This document shows positions 1 to 13,061 of a stretch of DNA of 64,000 bases, piece after piece. The notes beneath the pieces were generated by a model, which had not been told where the DNA came from, did no database searches, and worked only from the letters and a program-made list of their open reading frames with translations. Every line of letters starts with the position of its first letter. Position 1 is the first letter of the stretch. Source of the stretch: Psammoneis japonica (lineage: Eukaryota); NCBI GenBank assembly GCA_008632985.1, contig QPGO01000074.1:1-64000 (forward strand), read 5' to 3'. Both the position numbers and the translations under genes were made by a program.

Positions 1-1651
1 CCGTGCAGTATGAGAAACGAATGTGGTGCCGCTATTTGTGCCCAATAGGGGCCATGTGTAGAGTTTTCGGAACGATTTCCATGGTAGAGGTCCGGTCGTG
101 GAAGGCCAACTGCGAAGGTTGCAAAGACCCTCAATGTCTCAAGGGCATGTCACCTGTAGTCGATCCGTCTGACACATTTGCACTGAAAGGATGCACAATG
201 AATCTGAAGAACAATCAATTGCGAGACATGGGCGATGTAAGAAATCATGGATTCGATCGTGACGCTTGATCTAACCGACTTTTTGTCTCACACTTAACGC
301 TGCCTTATCCCTGTCCATGCAGTGTACGATGTGTATGTCCTGCGTGAAGAATTGCGAACGAGAGGTGCCCGAACTCAATACAAGACCAATAGGGCTAGAC
401 TATGGTCTTCCTTGGTTCTTGCCTCCTGCTATCCAGCGACCTGAAAACTTATCCTTGTCGCAAGTCGAGACCAACTTTTGGCTAGGTGCCTTGCTGACGA
501 CTCTACAAGGATCTGTATTGGTTCATTACATGCCCAAGATTCTGTCGGACCTTGGCATGGACCCCGACATCGCCTCAGCTACTCCGGCTCTGGATGCACC
601 GTTCTTAGCCCATTCCATCATCACAGCAGGGCTTCTGGCTCTCCCCGGACTCTTGAGTTTGGCTGCTGACAAAGCTTCCCGTCCGCTAGAGTCCAAACTT
701 GCTTTGATGCGAAGTAATCGGGAAAAGAGAACTGATGCGTTCGAGCGAAAGATGATCATCAATTTATATGAAACGATAATGGACTCAGACAAGCCAATCC
801 AGGATACCCTGGAAGAATTTGACCCCGATGGCGACGGACGGATTACATGTTGGGAATGTAAGCAAGCTTTGGACCACCTGAATCTTCCGGAAAATCAATG
901 TGAGACACTAATGGGTCTAATGAAGCGACGCTTCGGAAGTGACGTTGATGCCGTGGAGATAGAATCCTGGCTGGACTACGTGCAGGAGCTGTACGTCAAC
1001 GCCTGTCAAGCCGAGCAGGATTCTACCGAGAACAGGTGGGAGTCTCGCCTACGTCGCCAAGGGAATGAGCTCCCTTCTAAAAAGACCTTTGTCGAGATAT
1101 TCAACGAACTTGACAAGGATAATGATGGTTTCATTTCGGAGGAAGACTTTAGTGCCTTGTTGCTCCAGAGCAAGTTGAAGACTCCGCTTACGGAGGTGGA
1201 AAAGCATGACTTGTTTACCAAAGCTGACCGGCTGCGAGACGGGCGTTTAAATCTCTTCGAGTTCATGAGCATAATGCGAAAGATTGTCCGAGTCGGTATC
1301 CAAGAGATTGGGTATGGCTACCTTCCTCTGGCTTGGGCATCTCTTACAGCTTATTGGATCAGCGTTGGCATGAAGGAGTTTGGTCTCGTTCTCGCTAGGC
1401 TACCTGACACTTTCTTCCTCTTTAATCTTCCCTTTACGCTTCCATACATTTCAGCGAGCAGCGAGACCGTCCATACGGTACAGACAGCATTGATAGTTGG
1501 TGCACTTCCCCTATCAATTGGGTTGACGCAGAAGTTGTGCAATGACAACAAAATTGGAGGACTCCGCTTCAGTCTTCATGCAATTATCCAAGTAGCTGGT
1601 GCGGCTGCGACGCTATATTTGATGCTTTCGTCGACTCAAGATTTGGCGTAA
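1..1651 (+). CDS. 5'-truncated membrane protein with 4Fe-4S binding motifs and EF-hand pairs; intron 237-322
   Basis: CRYLCPIGA, CEGCKDPQC and CTMCMSCVKNC motifs. GTAAGA(237)...CAG(322) intron with CTAAC branch site joins ORFs 3..269 and 317..1651 in frame (MGD|CTMC). EF-hand loops DPDGDGRITCWE, DKDNDGFISEED, DRLRDGRLNLFE; several hydrophobic segments. Confidence 0.8.
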
Positions 1652-2117
1652 TCCTTGCTTAACCGACATCTGAATTTCCAATCACCGGCGAAAAGAATGA
1701 GCGCCCCGCGTGATGTCTCAAATCAAACTCCACGCGCGAACGATCACAGAAAGAGTCGAAATAGATGTCAATTCCTTCTCCTTTCTTTAGAACAAGTCTT
1801 TCGATAACATACCAGTGCCGTTCCCACCTCTCTACACAAGAGAGAGTAACCTTATTCGTGATAATGCGATTTGAAAATTGCTATGGCATGCATGGTAACT
1901 TACCCGCTCTCGAACGCGCACATAAAACGCGCGCATATTTTGAATCGAACCATTCGACTAAAGATTATCGTGAAATTGCCGCGAAACCGTTTCAACCTGA
2001 AAAAGCGACATCAAAACAGACATCAAACAAAACGCTTTCAAAGACAACACAAGGTCGCTCTTTCCCGTATCACAATCATAATAAGTCGCCATATCGTATC
2101 AGCCGGTTACGTCAAAC

Positions 2118-2977
2118 ATGGCTAGATCCACATCCAGCGCGGCGGTAGTAGCTATGGGCAACGCTGCCGAAACAGTGTCAAACAAGAAAAAGAAGCTTTC
2201 CAAGAGAGAAAAGGAAGAATCCAGGAGCGGGTCCGTTTGAGCTTCCAAGGAGGAATCGTGTCGCCGCCACGTCGTCCACGAATCGAGGAGGCCTTGCCTG
2301 TTGAGAACGGTCCGTCGACGATGCCAGCTGTGTCCAAGAGGGGCATCAAACGAAAAGCCACCGCGATGATTACGGTTGACAAGCCCAAGTCAAAACGTGA
2401 GAGAGCCCTTATCGAAGGACAACTTCTTGCTGAAGAATGGGCTTTTCAACGCTACGGAATCCCCAAGAAATTGGCCATTACCAACATGTCCTCAAAGGAA
2501 TCGATTCCGAAGAGCTTTGCGACTGCAACCGCTTCGACGAAAACACTGGGAACGTTCAAAGGCGAACAGGAACGTGCCGAAACACCCAATCGTGTAACCA
2601 AATGGGAGGCTCAAACGCTCCATCCATATGTTCCTGAGGAGACTCCCTCGATCATGTCCGAGAAGAGTTTCGAGTCTGAGGAACTGTTTTCCGAGACGAC
2701 ATTTACGGAGACATCGGAAGCTTCGGAACCAAAACTCAAGCAAGACCTAGTCAAGGCATGTGATCTAATAGTTGAATGGCTGGGGAAATTGTTGGCGATG
2801 CTCGCTCCTTACGTCGAGGAGAACACCGACATGTCTAAAGAGATGGTCTATACGGGTCTCGTTGCTGGAGTCATGGCAATCGCTTTGTCTTCTATCAATC
2901 GGGATCAGTTTGGAAAGCTTATCCTCGCTGTCATGGTTGCTCTTGCTGCCATCAAACTCAGGCATGGGAAGCACTGA
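2118..2977 (+). CDS. Tandem-family unknown protein copy 1, with a 1-nt frameshift near 2218
   Basis: MARST start as in the paralogues; gaagaatccag versus gaagaaatccag in the other copies. Confidence 0.7.
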
Positions 2978-3298
2978 AAAATTTACTTGTCGCCGTAGTA
3001 ACAGCTTCAAGCTGCGTAGTTTATCGTCATTCAAAAAATTTAGAATATCTTGGTTCTCAGAACAAAAAATAAAGACATACCGTAGATTCCCACGCTACTC
3101 CTTCGATGAGAACAAGGATTTCGATACCATAACACCATGCGACTAAAGATTTCACGAGAAATTCCCGCGAAACCGTTCGAACCAGCATCAAAACAGACAT
3201 CAAACAAACTCTTTCGAAGAGAACTGAGAACGGAATCAACAAGGTCGTTCTTTCCCACAACACAAGTCGTCATATCATACCAGCCGCGGAAGCTAAAC

Positions 3299-4120
3299 AT
3301 GGCAAGATCCACACGCGCTATGGCCAACGCTGCCGAAACGGTGTCCACCAGGACTAAGAAGCTTTCCAAGAGAGAAAAGGAAGAAATCCAGGAGAGGGTT
3401 CGTTTGACTTTTCAAGGAGGAATCGTGTCGCCGGCACATTTTCCACGAGGAGAGAATGCCCCGGTTGTTGAGAACGATCTGTCGACAATGGAAGTCGTGT
3501 CCACGAGGGGCATCAAACGAAAAGCCAGCGCGATGATAATGGATGACAAGCCCAAGTCGAAACGTGAGAAAGCCCTTATCGAAGGAAAACTTCTTGCTGA
3601 AGAATGGGCGTTTCAACCCTACGGAATCCCCAAGAAGTTGGCCGTTGCCAACAAGGCTGCATATCGCATCGCTACAATGAAGACGTTGGGAACGCCGGAG
3701 TCCAAAGGCTGCGAAGACCGAGCCAAAACACTCAATCGGGTAGCCGAGCCCCATGTTCCCGTTGAGAGTCCCTCGATCAGATCCACAGTGACTTTCGCGT
3801 CTGATGTTTTTTTAACAGAGGCGACCTTTACCGAGGCGTCGGGAAATTCAGAGCCGACAGTACAGCAAGATCTTTCTAAAGCACATGATCTTATCGTTGA
3901 ATGGGTGGGGAAAGCGTTGGCGATGCTAAATACCAACGTCGAGGAGAACTCCGACATGACTGGAGAAATCGCCTTTACAGGTCTCGTTGCCGGAGTCACG
4001 GCAATTGCCGTGCTTTCCATCGATTGGTCAAAGTTTAAAAATGTGGTCCTTGCTATTGCAGTTGCTTTTGTTGCCATCAAACTCAGGCCTCGGACGCATC
4101 GAATTCTGCTGTTGCCGTAG
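3299..4120 (+). CDS. Tandem-family copy 2 (divergent type B)
   Basis: Intact ORF sharing KKLSKREKEEIQERVRL and LLAEEWAFQ motifs; two C-terminal hydrophobic segments. Confidence 0.75.
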   Translation: MARSTRAMANAAETVSTRTKKLSKREKEEIQERVRLTFQGGIVSPAHFPRGENAPVVENDLSTMEVVSTRGIKRKASAMIMDDKPKSKREKALIEGKLLAEEWAFQPYGIPKKLAVANKAAYRIATMKTLGTPESKGCEDRAKTLNRVAEPHVPVESPSIRSTVTFASDVFLTEATFTEASGNSEPTVQQDLSKAHDLIVEWVGKALAMLNTNVEENSDMTGEIAFTGLVAGVTAIAVLSIDWSKFKNVVLAIAVAFVAIKLRPRTHRILLLP

Positions 4121-4291
4121 TAGCAGCCATCCTATTGTATCGACATTCAAAAAGTTTAGAGCTTCTTGGTTCTCGGAACAAGCACTAGAGTCATAGTAGA
4201 TGCCAATGCTTCTCCTTTCTGAAGAGCAAGGATTTCAATGAACCATAACATTGAACTTGCTTGCGGAAGTGCTCAGTGAGATTGCTGCTGT

Positions 4292-6169
4292 CTACCGGCG
4301 GACTCAACCGGTCCCGCTGCCTCAACCGGTCCCGCCGGCTGACTGACGGACGCTCGCTAGAATTAGTACGTAGCCCTACGCACAAGCCGCCGCGATGGAT
4401 GAGTTTGAGAGTGCCGCCACAACGCAATGATAACGCAAAGCGACTTCTTCCCGAAGGACATGCGATACAATCCTACCCTTGAAGAAAGCTAGAATACTAG
4501 AAGCTATACAATCATATCTCTAAAGAACAACAAAATGCTATAAGTCTATAAGTCATTTCAATGGATTGCTTATCGTCGTCAACGGACAACGCCGAAGATG
4601 CCGCGACGAGTCGAAAATCACAAAAAAATTGATCTCTTACCTTTTGCGCCAAGTTCTACTCTAGAGTGGCACTGTAGCACTCTAGAGAGTAGTAGCCCTA
4701 AATAGAGAGGCCATCCGCACGCACACCCACACTAACTAACTCTACCAGCGAGAAGAAACAGCACGTTCGCCCCAACTCCATCTGTGCCCTGGTCCAAATT
4801 TCATCCATTGCACTTGTACCTCTCTACACCCGACTAGGAACTGAGTGCTCCAGGATCTGATTTCCCCATATGAGCAAAGAGTATCAAAAGATATCTGTCA
4901 TGTAGAACATGGGCCTGGAAATGCCACTGCAAGCTTTAACGGTCAACGACAGTCACACTGGAAAATGACAGGCAAAATGAAAATATGAGTGGAACAACGT
5001 ACACAATAATAATCCATTGGGGTTACATGTCACAGTATACTCACTAGGGCACCTTTTAAATGTAGAGCTGAGTCGCCTTACTAATTTTTATGCCCCCAAG
5101 TAACATCAGCGGTTCGTGGCATCCGCGCATTCAAGAGGAGGCGATGAACCCGCCAACACAAGCCTCAACCTTCCCATTTTACCCATTGCAAAGCCTAGAG
5201 TCGTAGTTACACCACAAAGATCTCCCAAAATAACGTGGACAATATTGTGTCTTAGATAATGATGATAATGCGGTTGAAGGGTAGGTGGAAAGGGTCAAAA
5301 AGGACCAGACACCTGTGCGCATGATCGAGACGCACCAAAAAAGGCTCGTGAGGTATGCAAGTTTCGTCAAAACGAGTCCAAAACTCAATCAATCACAACA
5401 TGCTCACAGGGTTACCTTCTTTGGACTATGGAAAGGCTGTCTGACAAATGCCAATGTCGTGAGTATCCCCGAGACTCCATCGCATCGTTTTGTTCCCACG
5501 GCATGCACTTTCAAGAAATTGTTATCGCCGAAAAACGACATGCTGTGATTACGAGCCGACCAAGACCTTCAAAAACATATCAAGCTTGTCACAAGTCCAA
5601 ATAAATAGTAAAAATAGATGTACCAAAAGATGTGGAGTGGGATGAAGCACAAGGCTCCCAAACGGATGCGCTTTTGTGATGACGACGACGTGAAAAAGAT
5701 GCCAATATTGCAGATGCAATAATCGACCGTACGAGACGATATATCCTCCTATGAAGCTGTAACAAAGCACAAACAACATCTTTAGTGAGTAGATAAACGG
5801 TATAAAATGAGAAAACACAGAAAGAACTTACCACGGCAACGTTGTCGACCATTCAGATGTCACCCGTACCGTGCAGCAATCGAGTCACGAGTCGAGGCAC
5901 GCAACCGTTTGTACCGTGTGTCGCCACCAAAGCCCCCCAGGAAACCAAACCAATGCATCAACCTATTTATAACAACGATAGAAAAAGATCCCACATGAAA
6001 GATACATCGACCCAACGATATATGCCATGGCGAGATGCATCAAAGTACAACATGCCGTTTTCAATGCAAAATCGGGACCGGTTGAGTCCAATCGAATTAT
6101 TCGACTCTCGTGCTTCACCGTGGTGAAATTTCAGTCACGGACGCCGGGACCGGTTGAGTCCTCCGGTAG
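4292..6169. mobile_element. Non-autonomous TIR DNA transposon, copy 1
   Basis: TIRs CTACCGGCGGACTCAACCGGTCCCG / CGGGACCGGTTGAGTCCTCCGGTAG; 4-bp TSD CTGT (4288-4291, 6170-6173); homologue at 50184-52022. Confidence 0.88.
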
Positions 6170-6393
6170 CTGTCTCGTCTCTCCACTCTGGGATTATCAC
6201 TGCGCGAACTCGCGAGCGAGGGCGCGAAAACATTTTGATTCGACCCATTCGACTAAAGATCATTCGTGAAATTGAAATTCAAACCGTTCTCAGACATCAA
6301 ACAAACACTCTCTCGAAGAGAAAACAAGGTCGCCCTTTCCCGCATCACAATCATAGCAAGTCGTCATATCGTATCAAACCCCTTACGTCGAAC

Positions 6394-7254
6394 ATGGCAA
6401 GATCCACACCCAGCGCCGTAGCAGCTATGGGCAACGCTGTCGAAACGGTGCCCACTAAGACAAATAAGCTTTCCAAGAGAGAAAAGGAAGAAATCCAGGA
6501 GAGGGTTCGTTTGAGCTTTCAAGGAGGAATCGTGTCACCGACACGTTGTCCACGAAGCGAGAAGATCTCCAGTGGTGAGGACGGTCCGACGACGATGGCA
6601 GTTGTGTCTACGAGGGGCATCAAACGAAAAGCCACCGCGATGATTGATGCCAAGAATCCCAAGTCGAAACGGGAGAGAGCCCTTCTCGAAGGCCAACTTC
6701 TTGCTGAAGAATGGGCTTTTCAACGCTACGGAATCCCCAAGAAATTGGCCATTACCAACATGTCCTCAAAGGAATCGATTCCGAAGAGCTTTGCGACTGC
6801 AACCGCTCCGATGAAAACGCTGGGAACGCTAGAGTCCGACGGCGAACAGGAACGAGCCGAAACACCCAATCGTGTAACCGAGTGGGATGCTGAAACGCTC
6901 CATCTCTATGTTCCCGAGGAGACTTCCTCGATCAGGTCCTGGGAGAGCTTCTCGTCGGAGGAACTATTAACCGAGACGACCTTTACCGAAACGTCGGCAT
7001 CAGAGCCGAAATTTAAGCAAGACCTTGTCAAAGCATGTGATCTTGTCGTCGAATGGTTGGGGAATACGTGGGCGATGCTTGCTACTTATGTCGAGGAGAA
7101 CACCGACATGACTGGAGAGACCGTCTTCACGGGTCTAGTTACCGGAGTCATGGCAATTGCTTTGTCTTCCATCACTCGGGAACAGCTTGGAAAGCTTATC
7201 CTCGCCGTCGTGGTTGCTCTTGTCGCCATCAAACTCAAGCATGGGAAGCACTGA
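6394..7254 (+). CDS. Tandem-family copy 3 (intact)
   Basis: MARST...KLKHGKH ORF; ATG chosen by alignment with the paralogues. Confidence 0.78.
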   Translation: MARSTPSAVAAMGNAVETVPTKTNKLSKREKEEIQERVRLSFQGGIVSPTRCPRSEKISSGEDGPTTMAVVSTRGIKRKATAMIDAKNPKSKRERALLEGQLLAEEWAFQRYGIPKKLAITNMSSKESIPKSFATATAPMKTLGTLESDGEQERAETPNRVTEWDAETLHLYVPEETSSIRSWESFSSEELLTETTFTETSASEPKFKQDLVKACDLVVEWLGNTWAMLATYVEENTDMTGETVFTGLVTGVMAIALSSITREQLGKLILAVVVALVAIKLKHGKH

Positions 7255-8382
7255 AATTCACTTGTCACCGTAGTAACAGCTGTACGCTGTAGTGTAGTCC
7301 TTCAAAACCAATGCTCGACACGTGTCTTGCTTCAAAGTAGGGTCACAATAGATGTCAACGCCGACTCAGCCTCCTTTCTCCTTCTCTATTCTGAAAGATG
7401 CTTTCGTGAGCTCCCGGCACCAGCTGCGACGATGGTGCCAGCACAATCATCCAACGGCTTTGAGACTTCTCATGCATCAATTGCATGGAATGTGACACCC
7501 GACACTCCAGTACGACCGAATCCACATACAGCCGACCCCCGCGGTTCAAACAAAGGATTACAATTGAAGAGCGTTGAACATGGTGTAATCACAAGAAGGT
7601 TGCCCAGAAAGGAAGCAAATCATTTGTTGGAAGATAGTGGGAAGGGCACATCCTTTGCGGAGTCTAGATTTTCTTCAAATGACTTGCCATTGTATAAATT
7701 CAGAAGGAGTCCAAAGACTGTGGATAACGAGCCGGAACACTCAATCGGGTAGCCGAGCCCCATGTTCTCGAGGAGAGTCCCTCGATCAGATCCACGGAGA
7801 CTTTCGCGCCTGATGAATTATTAACGGAGACGACCTTTGCCGAGACGTCGGGAGCGTCAGAGCCATCAGTACAACAAGATCTTGCCAAAGCACGTGATCT
7901 TAAAGTTGAATGGTTGGGGAAATCGTTGGCGATTTCAGCTACCAATGTCGAGGAGAAAAAACTCCGACATGACTGGGGAGATCATCTCGTTGCCGGAGTC
8001 ACGGCGATTGCTGTGCTCTATGTTGTCCTTGCTGTTGCAGCTGCTTTTGTTGCGATCAAACTCAGGTATGGAAAGCATTGAAATTTGCTTGTTGCCATAG
8101 TACTTGTAGCAACCATCCTGTAGTACTGAGTGGGATTGCTCCTCTCGAATTTCAAATTTGAAAATTCAACGCGCGAATTCGCGTGCAGGCGCTCATTTCA
8201 ATATTTGAACCACTCGACTAAAGATTATGCGAGAAATTCAAACCGATCGTTGCCGTTCGACCCGCGCAACAACATCAAAACAGACATCAAACAAACCCTC
8301 TTTCGAAGACAACACAAGGTCGCTCTTTCCCGCATCACAATCATAGCAAGTCGTCATATCGTATCAGCTGCTTACGTCGAAC

Positions 8383-9242
8383 ATGGCAAGATCCACACCC
8401 AGCGCCGTAGCAGATATGGGCAACGCTGTCGAAACGGTGCCCACCACGACAAAGAAGCTTTCCAAGAGAGAAAAGGAAGAAATCCAGGAGAGGGTTCGTT
8501 TGAGCTTTCAAGGAGGAGTCGTGTCGCCGACACGTTGTCCACGAGGCGAGAAGATCTCCAGTGGTGAGGACGGTCCGACGACGATGGCAGCTGTGTCTAC
8601 GAGGGGCATCAAACGAAAAGCCACCGCGATGATTGATGCCAAGAATCCCAAGTCGAAACGCGAGAGAGCCCTTCTCGAAGGCCAACTTCTTGCTGAAGAA
8701 TGGGCTTTTCAACGCTACGGAATCCCCAAGAAATTGGCCATTACCAACATGTCTCAAAGGAATCGATTCCGAAGAGCTTTGCGACTGCAACCGCTCCGAT
8801 GAAAACGCTGGGAACGCTAGAGTCCGACGGCGAACAGGAACGAGCCGAAACACCCAATCGTGTAACCGAGTGGGATGCTGAAACGCTCCATCTCTATGTT
8901 CCCGAGGAGACTTCCTCGATCAGGTCCTGGGAGAGCTTCTCGTCGGAGGAACTATTAACCGAGACGACCTTTACCGAAACGTCGGCATCAGAGCCGAAAT
9001 TTAAGCAAGACCTTGTCAAGGCATGTGATCTTGTCGTCAATTGGTTGGGAAAAACGTGGGCGATGCTTGCTACTTATGTCGAGGAGAACACCGACATGAC
9101 TGGAGAGACCGTCTTCACGGGTCTAGTTACCGGAGTCATGGCAATTGCTTTGTCTTCCATCACTCGGGAACAGCTTGGAAAGCTTATCCTCGCCGTCGTG
9201 GTTGCTCTTGTCGCCATCAAACTCAAGCATGGGAAGCACTGA
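8383..9242 (+). CDS. Tandem-family copy 4, with a 1-nt frameshift near 8752
   Basis: atgtctcaaagg versus atgtcctcaaagg; otherwise near-identical to copy 5. Confidence 0.7.
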
Positions 9243-10289
9243 AATTCACTTGTCACCGTAGTAACAGCTGTACGCTGTAGTATAGTCCTTCAAAATCAAT
9301 ATTCGACACGTGTCTTGCTTCAAAGTAGGGTCACAATAGATGTCAACGCCGACTCAGCCCCCTTTCTCCTTCATTATTCTGAAAGATGCTTTCGTGAGCT
9401 CCCGGCACCAGCTGCGACGATGGTGCCAGCACAATCATCCAACGGCTTTGAGACTTCTCATGCATCAATTGCATGGAATATGATACCCGACACTCCAGTA
9501 CGACCGAATCCACATACAGCCGACCCCCGCGGTTCAAACAAAAGATTACAATTGAAGAGCGTTGAACATGGTGTAATCACAAGAAGGTTGCCCAGAAAGG
9601 AAGCAAATCAGAAGGAGTCCAAAGACTGTGGATAACGAGCCGGAACACTCAATCGGGTAGCCGAGCCCCATGTTCTCGAGGAGAGTCCCTCGATCAGATC
9701 CACGGAGACTTTCGCGCCTGATGAATTATTAACGGAGACGACCTTTGCCGAGACGTCGGGAGCGTCAGAGCCATCAGTACAACAAGATCTTGCCAAAGCA
9801 CGTGATCTTAAAGTTGAATGGTTGGGAAAATCGTTGGCGATTTCAGCTACCAATGTCGAGGAGAAAAACTCCGACATGACTGGGGAGATCATCTCGTTGC
9901 CGGAGTCACGGCGATTGCTGTGCTCTATGTTGTCCTTGCTGTTGCAGCTGCTTTTGTTGCGATCAAACTCAGGTATGGAAAGCATTGAAATTTGCTTGTT
10001 GCCATAGTACTTGTAGCAACCATCCTGTAGTACTGAGTGGGATTGCTCCTCTCGAATTTCAAATTTGAAAATTCAACGCGCGAATTCGCGTGCAGGCGCT
10101 CATTTCAATATTTGAACCACTCGACTAAAGATTATGCGAGAAATTCAAACCGATCGTTGCCGTTCGACCCGCGCAACAACATCAAAACAGACATCAAACA
10201 AACCCTCTTTCGAAGACAACACAAGGTCGCTCTTTCCCGCATCACAATCATAGCAAGTCGTCATATCGTATCAGCCGCTTACGTCGAAC

Positions 10290-11150
10290 ATGGCAAGATC
10301 CACACCCAGCGCCGTAGCAGATATGGGCAACGCTGTCGAAACGGTGCCGACCACGACAAAGAAGCTTTCCAAGAGAGAAAAGGAAGAAATCCAGGAGAGG
10401 GTTCGTTTGAGCTTTCAAGGAGGAGTCGTGTCGCCGACACGTTGTCCACGAGGCGAGAAGATCTCCAGTGGTGAGGACGGTCCGACGACGATGGCAGCTG
10501 TGTCTACGAGGGGCATCAAACGAAAAGCCACCGCGATGATTGATGCCAAGAATCCCAAGTCGAAACGCGAGAGAGCCCTTCTCGAAGGCCAACTTCTTGC
10601 TGAAGAATGGGCTTTTCAACGCTACGGAATCCCCAAGAAATTGGCCATTACCAACATGTCCTCAAAGGAATCGATTCCGAAGAGCTTTGCGACTGCAACC
10701 GCTCCGATGAAAACGCTGGGAACGCTAGAGTCCGACGGCGAACAGGAACGAGCCGAAACACCCAATCGTGTAACCGAGTGGGATGCTGAAACGCTCCATC
10801 TCTATGTTCCCGAGGAGACTTCCTCGATCAGGTCCTGGGAGAGCTTCTCGTCGGAGGAACTATTAACCGAGACGACCTTTACCGAAACGTCGGCATCAGA
10901 GCCGAAATTTAAGCAAGACCTTGTCAAGGCATGTGATCTTGTCGTCAATTGGTTGGGAAAAACGTGGGCGATGCTTGCTACTTATGTCGAGGAGAACACC
11001 GACATGACTGGAGAGACCGTCTTCACGGGTCTAGTTACCGGAGTCATGGCAATTGCTTTGTCTTCCATCACTCGGGAACAGCTTGGAAAGCTTATCCTCG
11101 CCGTCGTGGTTGCTCTTGTCGCCATCAAACTCAAGCATGGGAAGCACTGA
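10290..11150 (+). CDS. Tandem-family copy 5 (intact, 286 aa)
   Basis: Complete ORF. Confidence 0.8.
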   Translation: MARSTPSAVADMGNAVETVPTTTKKLSKREKEEIQERVRLSFQGGVVSPTRCPRGEKISSGEDGPTTMAAVSTRGIKRKATAMIDAKNPKSKRERALLEGQLLAEEWAFQRYGIPKKLAITNMSSKESIPKSFATATAPMKTLGTLESDGEQERAETPNRVTEWDAETLHLYVPEETSSIRSWESFSSEELLTETTFTETSASEPKFKQDLVKACDLVVNWLGKTWAMLATYVEENTDMTGETVFTGLVTGVMAIALSSITREQLGKLILAVVVALVAIKLKHGKH

Positions 11151-12198
11151 AATTCACTTGTCACCGTAGTAACAGCTGTACGCTGTAGTATAGTCCTTCA
11201 AAATCAATATTCGACACGTGTCTTGCTTCAAAGTAGGGTCACAATAGATGTCAACGCCGACTCAGCCCCCTTTCTCCTTCATTATTCTGAAAGATGCTTT
11301 CGTGAGCTCCCGGCACCAGCTGCGACGATGGTGCCAGCACAATCATCCAACGGCTTTGAGACTTCTCATGCATTAATTGCATGGAATATGATACCCGACA
11401 CTCCAGTACGACCGAATCCACATACAGCCGACCCCCGCGGTTCAAACAAAAGATTACAATTGAAGAGCGTTGAACATGGTGTAATCACAAGAAGGTTGCC
11501 CAGAAAGGAAGCAAATCAGAAGGAGTCCAAAGACTGTGGATAACGAGCCGGAACACTCAATCGGGTAGCCGAGCCCCATGTTCTCGAGGAGAGTCCCTCG
11601 ATCAGATCCACGGAGACTTTCGCGCCTGATGAATTATTAACGGAGACGACCTTTGCCGAGACGTCGGGAGCGTCAGAGCCATCAGTGCAACAAGATCTTG
11701 CCAAAGCACGTGATCTTAAAGTTGAATGGTTGGGGAAATCGTTGGCGATTTCAGCTACCAATGTCGAGGAGAAAAAACTCCGACATGACTGGGGAGATCA
11801 TCTCGTTGCCGGAGTCACGGCGATTGCTGTGCTCTATGTTGTCCTTGCTGTTGCAGCTGCTTTTGTTGCGATCAAACTCAGGTATGGAAAGCATTGAAAT
11901 TTGCTTGTTGCCATAGTACTTGTAGCAACCATCCTGTAGTACTGAGTGGGATTGCTCCTCTCGAATTTCAAATTTGAAAATTCAACGCGCGAATTCGCGT
12001 GCAGGCGCTCATTTCAATATTTGAACCACTCGACTAAAGATTATGCGAGAAATTCAAACCGATCGTTGCCGTTCGACCCGCGCAACAACATCAAAACAGA
12101 CATCAAACAAACCCTCTTTCGAAGACAACACAAGGTCGCTCTTTCCCGCATCACAATCATAGCAAGTCGTCATATCGTATCAGCCGCTTACGTCGAAC

Positions 12199-13061
12199 AT
12201 GGCAAGATCCACACCCAGCGCCGTAGCAGATATGGGCAACGCTGTCGAAACGGTGCCGACCACGACAAAGAAGCTTTCCAAGAGAGAAAAGGAAGAAATC
12301 CAGGAGAGGGTTCGTTTGAGCTTTCAAGGAGGAATCGTGTCGCCGACACGTTGTCCACGAGGCGAGAAGATCTCCAGTGGTGAGGACGGTCCGACGACGA
12401 TGGCAGTTGTGTCTACGAGGGGCATCAAACGAAAAGCCACCGCGATGATTGATGCCAAGAATCCCAAGTCGAAACGGGAGAGAGCCCTTCTTGAAGGCCA
12501 ACTTCTTGCTGAAGAATGGGCTTTTCAACGCTACGGAATCCCCAAGAAATTGGTCGCTGCCAACCTGCACTCCAAGGAATCGACTCCGAAGAGCTTTGCG
12601 ACTACCGCCGCTCCGATGAAAACGCTGGGAACGCTAGAGTCCAAAGGCGAACAGGAACGTGCCGAAACACCCAATCGTGTAACCGAGTGGGATGCTGAAA
12701 CGCTCCATCTCTATGTTCCCGAGGAGACTCCTTCGATCAGGTCCTGGGAGAACTTCTCGTCTGAGGAACTATTAACCGAGACGACCTTTACCGAAACGTC
12801 GGGAACATCAGAGCCGAAATTTAAGAAGACCTTGTCAAGGCATGTGATCTTGTCGTCGAATGGTTGGGAAAAACGTGGGCGATGCTTGCTACTTATGTCG
12901 AGGAGAACACCGACATGACTGGAGAAACCGTCTTCACGGGTCTCGTTGCCGGAGTCATGGCAATTGCTTTGTCTTCCATCACTCGGGAACAGTTTGGAAA
13001 GCTTATCCTCGCCGTCGTGGTTGCTCTTGTCGCCATCAAACTCAAGCATGGGAAGCACTGA
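12199..13061 (+). CDS. Tandem-family copy 6, with a 1-nt frameshift near 12825
   Basis: tttaagaagacc versus tttaagcaagacc in the other copies. Confidence 0.7.

Noticed and set aside
11130..11150. C-terminal KLKHGKH as an ER-retrieval signal
   Set aside because: The lysine positions do not fit KKxx, KxKxx or KxHxx.
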